Program-made: the position numbers and the translations under genes
Assembly (NCBI GenBank): GCA_963662465.1
Contig: OY759599.1
Location: forward strand, 1,824,001-1,888,000
Source: Desulfatiglandales bacterium
GTDB taxonomy: Bacteria > Desulfobacterota > DSM-4660 > Desulfatiglandales > Desulfatiglandaceae
Direction of reading: 5' to 3'
DNA: 64,000 nucleotides
Part shown: positions 58,608-64,000 of the stretch, piece by piece
How the letters are laid out: each line of letters starts with the position of its first letter
Numbering within the stretch: the stretch's first letter is position 1
Notes under the pieces: generated by a model
Told to the model about the DNA's origin: nothing
The model's database searches: none
The model's input: only the letters and a program-made list of their open reading frames with translations

Positions 58608-59462
58608 TTACTTCCCTGGGGCATCATCCTCAATATAGGATAACACCCGATTAAAGGTCGGCCCATGATAAAGGGCGCCCATGTGACCCAGGGGAACTGT
58701 TTGTTCCCGAATCCATCCTTCGGGCGGCATCAAGGATTCCGGGGGAAGGACCATATTGTCCACCGGAGAATAGAAGGCAACGCATGGCAGGTTGGTAACG
58801 GGCTTAAAATTTTCCAATTCCCTGATCAAAGGACTCCGGTAGCGCAAACTGTCGGCCAGTAAGCCCAGGCCGAACACCACCATTTTGCTCCCCTTATAAG
58901 GCGATGCAAGGGTAATCACTCGCCGAATTCCGGAAGATGGAGATGCCTCCCGCTTGCCCGCATAGGTTTTAGCCAGAAGCCCACCCATGCTGTGGCCCAC
59001 CATCACAAGATCTTCTCCGGCGCAGTCCCGTTCCACCCGGGCCATCCATGTTTCCAGTTTTTCATAAATATCCCAAAAAGTATTGTTCCAACTGTTGTAA
59101 GTAAACGCATAGATTCGACCGTACCCCTTGCGCCTCAACCGCCATCGGTAAAAGACCCATGCGCCGGCATTGTGATATAGCCCGTGGATCAAAACCACCG
59201 GTGGACCTTTTTTGGGATCTTTGGGATTTGGCCACCATGGTTTTTTGATAAAACCCAGCGGAAAAAGACATACCGCCACAATATTACAGCAGATACTGGA
59301 TAAAAGGCCCCTCAACAGCCACCAAAACGGTTTTTCCTTTGATGCCCGCTCAAGCGTCCTTCCATAGGGAGAATTGGCCGCTTCATACCAGAAAATCAGG
59401 TAAGCAACCGTGGGTATGAGCAAAAAAACAACCATTAGAATAAGCAGAATGATACTTGACAT
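58608..59462 (-). CDS. Membrane-anchored alpha/beta-hydrolase (lipase/esterase)
   Basis: PPVVLIHG, GHSMGG, DNMV and GH; N-terminal TM segments. Confidence 0.87.
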   Translation of the reverse strand: MSSIILLILMVVFLLIPTVAYLIFWYEAANSPYGRTLERASKEKPFWWLLRGLLSSICCNIVAVCLFPLGFIKKPWWPNPKDPKKGPPVVLIHGLYHNAGAWVFYRWRLRRKGYGRIYAFTYNSWNNTFWDIYEKLETWMARVERDCAGEDLVMVGHSMGGLLAKTYAGKREASPSSGIRRVITLASPYKGSKMVVFGLGLLADSLRYRSPLIRELENFKPVTNLPCVAFYSPVDNMVLPPESLMPPEGWIREQTVPLGHMGALYHGPTFNRVLSYIEDDAPGK

Positions 59463-59569
59463 AAAGGACCCCTTATAAAATAAAATTCATTTATTTCAAA
59501 AACTTAAATCCGTTAAAAAAACAAACGACCACAACGCGACAACCTCGCTGAAAAAAAACGACAAAGTTC

Positions 59570-59597
59570 TTGACAAAATGACGCACTGCGTTATATT
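59570..59597 (+). promoter_or_regulatory. Sigma70-like promoter with TGC-containing inverted repeat in the spacer
   Basis: TTGACA-16-TATATT; ATGACGCA-C-TGCGTTAT at 59578-59594. Confidence 0.55.
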
Positions 59598-59669
59598 GAA
59601 GTCAACACCACGGCGAGACAAACCGATAATGGACACCCTATGACGATATTCTTCAGGAGGTATTTTAAA

Positions 59670-60278
59670 ATGACCGCAACTAAAGAGATTACCAAAAAAC
59701 AGCCAAAAAAAACAGAAAAAAAGGCGGAATCCCGCTTTCATGCAATCCGATCCCTACACAAAACCAGGGAAAACTGGATCGAAACGGTCAAAGGCTACAA
59801 TGAGAAATATATTACGAAACCTTTTGAAAACAGCAAGGACTTTGTTGTGGACATGAAAAATGATCCAAAAAAGGCCTTTGAGAGCCTTTTCGATAATGGA
59901 AAAGACTTTGTTCAGGATTTAAAGAAAGACCCAAAAAAGGCATGGAAAGACTTGGCGGACGGGAGCAAGAATCTGACCGGGGACGCCAGAAAAAGCTTTC
60001 TTAAAGCGGTGGACAATGTTCGGGACAGCGGCAAGGATTTTTACGCCGGCTTGGGCAAAGACGCGCAAAACATCCTGGATGACTTTGTTGACCGGGGGAA
60101 AAAAATCGCCGATCGGATCCCCGGCAAAAACACCCTGGAAAAAGGGCTGTCCAAGAGCCTTGAATCAATTCCTGATCGTTTGAATTTACCTAGCAAAAAG
60201 GACATGGAAAAACTCTCAAAAACCGTACGAACCCTGAATGCAAAGCTGAACACCCTGAGCAAAAAATGCGCTGCCTGA
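59670..60278 (+). CDS. Phasin-like / granule-associated amphipathic helical protein
   Basis: Repeated amphipathic helices, C-terminal LNLPSKKDMEKL; RBS AGGAGG. Confidence 0.65.
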   Translation: MTATKEITKKQPKKTEKKAESRFHAIRSLHKTRENWIETVKGYNEKYITKPFENSKDFVVDMKNDPKKAFESLFDNGKDFVQDLKKDPKKAWKDLADGSKNLTGDARKSFLKAVDNVRDSGKDFYAGLGKDAQNILDDFVDRGKKIADRIPGKNTLEKGLSKSLESIPDRLNLPSKKDMEKLSKTVRTLNAKLNTLSKKCAA

Positions 60279-60383
60279 TGGTCCTCCGATCTTCAGACAG
60301 ACCCTCAAAAGGCTGCCCTGAAGAAAGGAAGGTCTCTGATTTCAAGAAAACCCCTAAATGCCAAGTGAACCTCGGAGGCAGTC

Positions 60384-61094
60384 ATGCACAAAATCAAACG
60401 ATATGCGAATCGCAAACTCTATGACACAACCAACAAGAAATATATTACCCTGGATAAAATCTCAAAACTGCTCAAGGCAGGCGAAGAGGTATCGGTTATG
60501 GATAATGAAACCGGTGAAGATATAACAGAGGCCACAATTTCCCAAATTCTCGCTCGGACCCAAAAAGGGCAAACAGACAATGCCGCGGCCAACGTCATGA
60601 TACAGCTCCTCCGGAAAGGTCCCGGCACGCTGGTGGACTACGGGAAGAAGTATGTCTCATTATGGGATCGGGCACTCACCATGGCCGATGAGGAAATCGA
60701 CAGGCTGGTTGAAAGGCTGGTGAAAGAAAAAGAGATTACGCCATCCGAGGGAAGCAAACTCAAAAAAGACATGCTGAGCCGTGCGGACGACCTGAAGAAA
60801 TGGATTGCGGAAAAAATAGATCAGAGGCTCAGCGAAGCCCTTGATCTCATGAATTTGGCCAGCAAGGACCAGGTTTCCCAACTCACTTCGAAAATAGACG
60901 CCTTGACCCTAAAAGTGCGGAAGCTGGAAAAAAAGCTGTCCCAAAAGGCCAAAGAAGAAAAAGCCCGGGAGGAGGCGGATCAGCTTAAACAAGAGGCCCA
61001 AATAAAAGTGATCCCCCTAAACAAGGAAGATCTCAAACCGGTAATGGCGCCTGAACTCCCCGAGCAGGAAGCAGCAAGTGATGTGCTTCTGTAG
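60384..61094 (+). CDS. PhaR-like DNA-binding domain fused to a phasin-like region
   Basis: IKRYANRKLYDT..YITL..DNETGEDIT..QIL, then MNLASKDQV coiled coil. Confidence 0.85.
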   Translation: MHKIKRYANRKLYDTTNKKYITLDKISKLLKAGEEVSVMDNETGEDITEATISQILARTQKGQTDNAAANVMIQLLRKGPGTLVDYGKKYVSLWDRALTMADEEIDRLVERLVKEKEITPSEGSKLKKDMLSRADDLKKWIAEKIDQRLSEALDLMNLASKDQVSQLTSKIDALTLKVRKLEKKLSQKAKEEKAREEADQLKQEAQIKVIPLNKEDLKPVMAPELPEQEAASDVLL

Positions 61095-61105
61095 GTAAAT
61101 TGACC

Positions 61106-62863
61106 TTAAAGATCCAGCAGCTCCTGCCCCAGCAGATAACCGGAGGTCGCATGCAATCCGGCGCCGGGCCAGGTAGCAGCCCCCACCATGTACAATCCCT
61201 TAACGGGCGTTTCATATCTTGACCATCCCGGAATGGGACGAAACATGTAAAACTGGTCCAGGTGGTGGCTTCCGGCAATGGAATCGCCGCCGCCTAGATT
61301 CGGGTTTTCATTTTCCAGATCAGCAGGGGAATAAACAACCCTTTTGAGAATTTTTCCTTTGACCCCGGGTGCGTAAATTTCCAGTTTATTCAGAATCCTG
61401 TCCGCATACTGCTCCTTAATTTGGGGCCACGGCGCAGGGGTAATGGCCCCTGCTCCGGATACCGCATCGGCCTTTGGAACGGCAGGCAAAACACGGACCT
61501 GAATCCAGAGCAATTGCTTGCCGGCGGGTACGCGCGTGGGATCGGTCACGGACAACTGCCCCACAATGAGCAACGGACTTTCAGGGAGCGCTCCGTTCAT
61601 GGCATCGGTATAGGTTTGACTGAGGTCCCGACTATACGGAGCGATATGGACATAATTAAATTTTCCGAATTCACTGCCTGCCGCCCATTCAACGGGACCG
61701 CTCAAGGCCAGATGAATCATCATGGTCCCAGGTCCGAACCGGTACTTCCTGAACCGTTTTACATAACCCCCGGGCAGTTGCGCGGGATCAATCAGCTGGT
61801 CCACCAATGTGTGGGGATTCACATTGGCGATAACCGCTTTTCGTGCATGAATCTTACGCCCGTCGGCGGTCTGAACACCAACCGCCCGCCCGTTATTGAT
61901 CAAAATATGGTCCACCTTTTGACCCGTTTCAATGGCGCCCCCATGCTTTTTAACCATATTCCCCATGCTTTTAATCAGGTTTCCGACCCCCCCTTCAGAC
62001 AGGGGCATCCCATAATTGAAATAGATGGGCGGTTCGACAAACGGAAACGCCGCGCCGCCGGAAACATCCGGACCAAAGTCAAGATGCATGGCCCAGGGTG
62101 TGAACAGCGCTCTGGTTTTGGGGTGATCAAACCAGTACCGGGTGTATTCCCGGGGCGATTTCAACAACATCTGAGCCAGTTCATAGCTGCCTTTGACGCC
62201 CAGTTTCCGCATGGCGCTAAATCCCATCCGGAATGCCGCAAATGAAGGCATCTCAACCTGAAAGAACGGCAAGAAGTGAGGGGACGTCTCCTTGAAATAG
62301 GCAAGCAGTTCTATCCAGGCGTCCGCATCATGCTGGGACACCTGTTTAAAGCTGTTGTACGTTTTATCCGCATCCTTATAGATGGCCATACCGGTATTAT
62401 CCGGGAAAACACTGGCCATGGGGGCATCGCTTACCACCGGCTTAAATCCCTCCTGGAAGAGATCCTTGCCAAATTCACTGAACGTGGCCGACCCCATGAA
62501 CAGACCGATATTGGCGGCGTACAGATCGTGTTTAAAACCGGGCAGGGTCACCTCTTTTGTTTTGGCACACCCCCCGATCTCCGATGCACTGTCCAGGATC
62601 AGGACCTTGTGTCCGGCCTTGGCCAGCAGCATGGCACAGCTGAGAGAGTTGTGGCCTGCGCCGATGAATAAAAAGTCGGTATCGCCGGAACCGGCGGCAT
62701 GGGCGAGTCCGGTCTTTCGGGTGGAAAACATTCCCTTCCCTAAGCCCAGGGAGGCGCCCAAAACCCCGGCCCCGATCAAGAATTTACGACGACTGACCCC
62801 GGTTTTCGGCGCCTCGGGCATCACGTCTGATGTTTCGTTTCGAGTCTCGTTCTGATTTTCCAT
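61106..62863 (-). CDS. Tat-exported phytoene-dehydrogenase-like FAD oxidoreductase
   Basis: SRRKFL twin-arginine leader ending AHA, IGAGHNSL, PGFKHD and TPVKGLYMVGAATWPGAG. Confidence 0.85.
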   Translation of the reverse strand: MENQNETRNETSDVMPEAPKTGVSRRKFLIGAGVLGASLGLGKGMFSTRKTGLAHAAGSGDTDFLFIGAGHNSLSCAMLLAKAGHKVLILDSASEIGGCAKTKEVTLPGFKHDLYAANIGLFMGSATFSEFGKDLFQEGFKPVVSDAPMASVFPDNTGMAIYKDADKTYNSFKQVSQHDADAWIELLAYFKETSPHFLPFFQVEMPSFAAFRMGFSAMRKLGVKGSYELAQMLLKSPREYTRYWFDHPKTRALFTPWAMHLDFGPDVSGGAAFPFVEPPIYFNYGMPLSEGGVGNLIKSMGNMVKKHGGAIETGQKVDHILINNGRAVGVQTADGRKIHARKAVIANVNPHTLVDQLIDPAQLPGGYVKRFRKYRFGPGTMMIHLALSGPVEWAAGSEFGKFNYVHIAPYSRDLSQTYTDAMNGALPESPLLIVGQLSVTDPTRVPAGKQLLWIQVRVLPAVPKADAVSGAGAITPAPWPQIKEQYADRILNKLEIYAPGVKGKILKRVVYSPADLENENPNLGGGDSIAGSHHLDQFYMFRPIPGWSRYETPVKGLYMVGAATWPGAGLHATSGYLLGQELLDL

Positions 62864-62976
62864 GTTGTCCTTTCTAAGCTTTGAACAGGATACATATTGA
62901 CATCCTTTATCATATTTGGTTAAAGTCCGCCATGGTTAAATTTGGTAACTGAAATCCGTGTCAGCCCTTGAAAAAA

Positions 62977-64000
62977 ATGCCTGATTTTGACGCAAAATAC
63001 CGTATTGCCTTTGAATCCTCGGGGGATGCCCTCCTGTTCCTGGACCGGGGGGGATTCCTGGATTGCAATCAGGCGGCTCTGAACATTTACGGTCTTACCT
63101 CAAAAAAAGATATCATCGGAAAACATCCCGGAGAACTGGCCCCTTTGTTGCAGCCGGACGGCAGAAATTCACGGTCTGCCGCCTCTGAAATGATCGGTCG
63201 GGCCTTTAAGGAGGGAACCTGCGCCTTTGAATGGCTGCACAGTCGCGCCGATGGGATTCAGTTTCAAACGGAAGTACTGCTGAGCCGATTTGAGGTCAAG
63301 GGTGAACCCTTGTTGCAGGTCGTTGTTCGGGATATTACCGAGCGGAAATGGGCGGAACAGCGTCTCAGGGAATCGGAAGCCAACTACCGCTCCATATTTG
63401 AAGCAGCCAATGACGGCATTGCCATACACCATATGGAAACGGGCAAGATTATCGAAGTCAACCGAAAACATTCTGAGATGTTCGGGTTTACAGCTGAAGA
63501 AATCAGGTCCCGCGGCGATATGGATCTCATCAGCACCGGTGAATCGCCCTACACCCAGAAGGATGCCTTTTGCTGGATACGCAAAGCGGCACTGGGAGAG
63601 CCTCAGCTTTTTGAATGGAAAGCCAGGGACCGCCTGGGCCATGTATTCTGGTCGGAAGTCAATTTAAAGCGGATCATCATCGGCGGAAAGAATCGCGTCC
63701 TGGCCCTGGTTCGAGATATTACCCAGCGAAAAAAAGCAGAGGACGAACTGAAGAACTCCAGGGAACAACTCCGCAATCTCACGTCCCATCTGGAACTCAT
63801 TCGGGAGGAAGAACGAAAGCATATTTCTCGGGAAATCCATGATGAACTGGGTCAGGCCCTGACCGTCTTGAAAATGGATGTTTCCTGGCTGCGCAAGAGA
63901 CTCAGAAAGGAACAGGACAATCTGGATGCCAAGGTGCTGGAAATGTCCCAATTCATTGACGCAACCATCAGCACGGTGCAGCGAATCTGCATGGATCTGA
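62977..64000 (+). CDS. PAS-PAS sensor histidine kinase (HisKA_3 type), truncated by window end
   Basis: Not in the ORF track. Open frame from MPDFDAKYRIAFESSGDA to EEERKHISREIHDELGQALTVLKMD, with no stop before 64000. Confidence 0.88.
   Translation, partial: MPDFDAKYRIAFESSGDALLFLDRGGFLDCNQAALNIYGLTSKKDIIGKHPGELAPLLQPDGRNSRSAASEMIGRAFKEGTCAFEWLHSRADGIQFQTEVLLSRFEVKGEPLLQVVVRDITERKWAEQRLRESEANYRSIFEAANDGIAIHHMETGKIIEVNRKHSEMFGFTAEEIRSRGDMDLISTGESPYTQKDAFCWIRKAALGEPQLFEWKARDRLGHVFWSEVNLKRIIIGGKNRVLALVRDITQRKKAEDELKNSREQLRNLTSHLELIREEERKHISREIHDELGQALTVLKMDVSWLRKRLRKEQDNLDAKVLEMSQFIDATISTVQRICMDL

Noticed and set aside
63169..63951. Short ORFs listed near the window end
   Set aside because: Shadows of the unlisted plus-strand PAS kinase that runs off the window.

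Overview
Chromosomal window from a probable Desulfobacterota (deltaproteobacterial) genome; this is inferred from gene content only. 1-21 kb is mostly housekeeping: hbd, a NifU-C protein, an SplB-like/ParB-like pair, pilD with a two-component system, sppA-rpsA-cmk, an IHF/HU subunit, a large Alu-containing SRP RNA, pgeF, pyrG, a PBP, serS and resB/ccsA. The strongest novelty candidate is a tightly coupled six-gene minus-strand operon at 22766-32127. It encodes a SNF2 helicase, a YqhG-like Cys-rich protein, an unknown 290-aa protein, two tandem DUF2791/BrxD-like ATPases and a short Lhr-like helicase. This resembles the BrxD/BrxHI and Shango modules but lacks PglZ, a methyltransferase or TerB. 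Next come a double-domain CDP-alcohol phosphotransferase, sigma54-amtB-glnK with an exact 75-bp duplication, and a GGCFI-tailed beta-propeller surface protein facing a CAAX-type protease. An intact ISAs1 element (IRs, 10-bp TSD, DUF4338 fusion, A_AAA_AAG frameshift) precedes a two-module NRPS with an internal formyltransferase and an in-frame REP pair, plus a nearby NRPS relic. The window ends with a phasin/PhaR/ABC1-kinase/lipase cluster, a Tat-exported phytoene-dehydrogenase-like flavoprotein and a truncated PAS histidine kinase. All family calls come from motif recognition by eye, not database searches.
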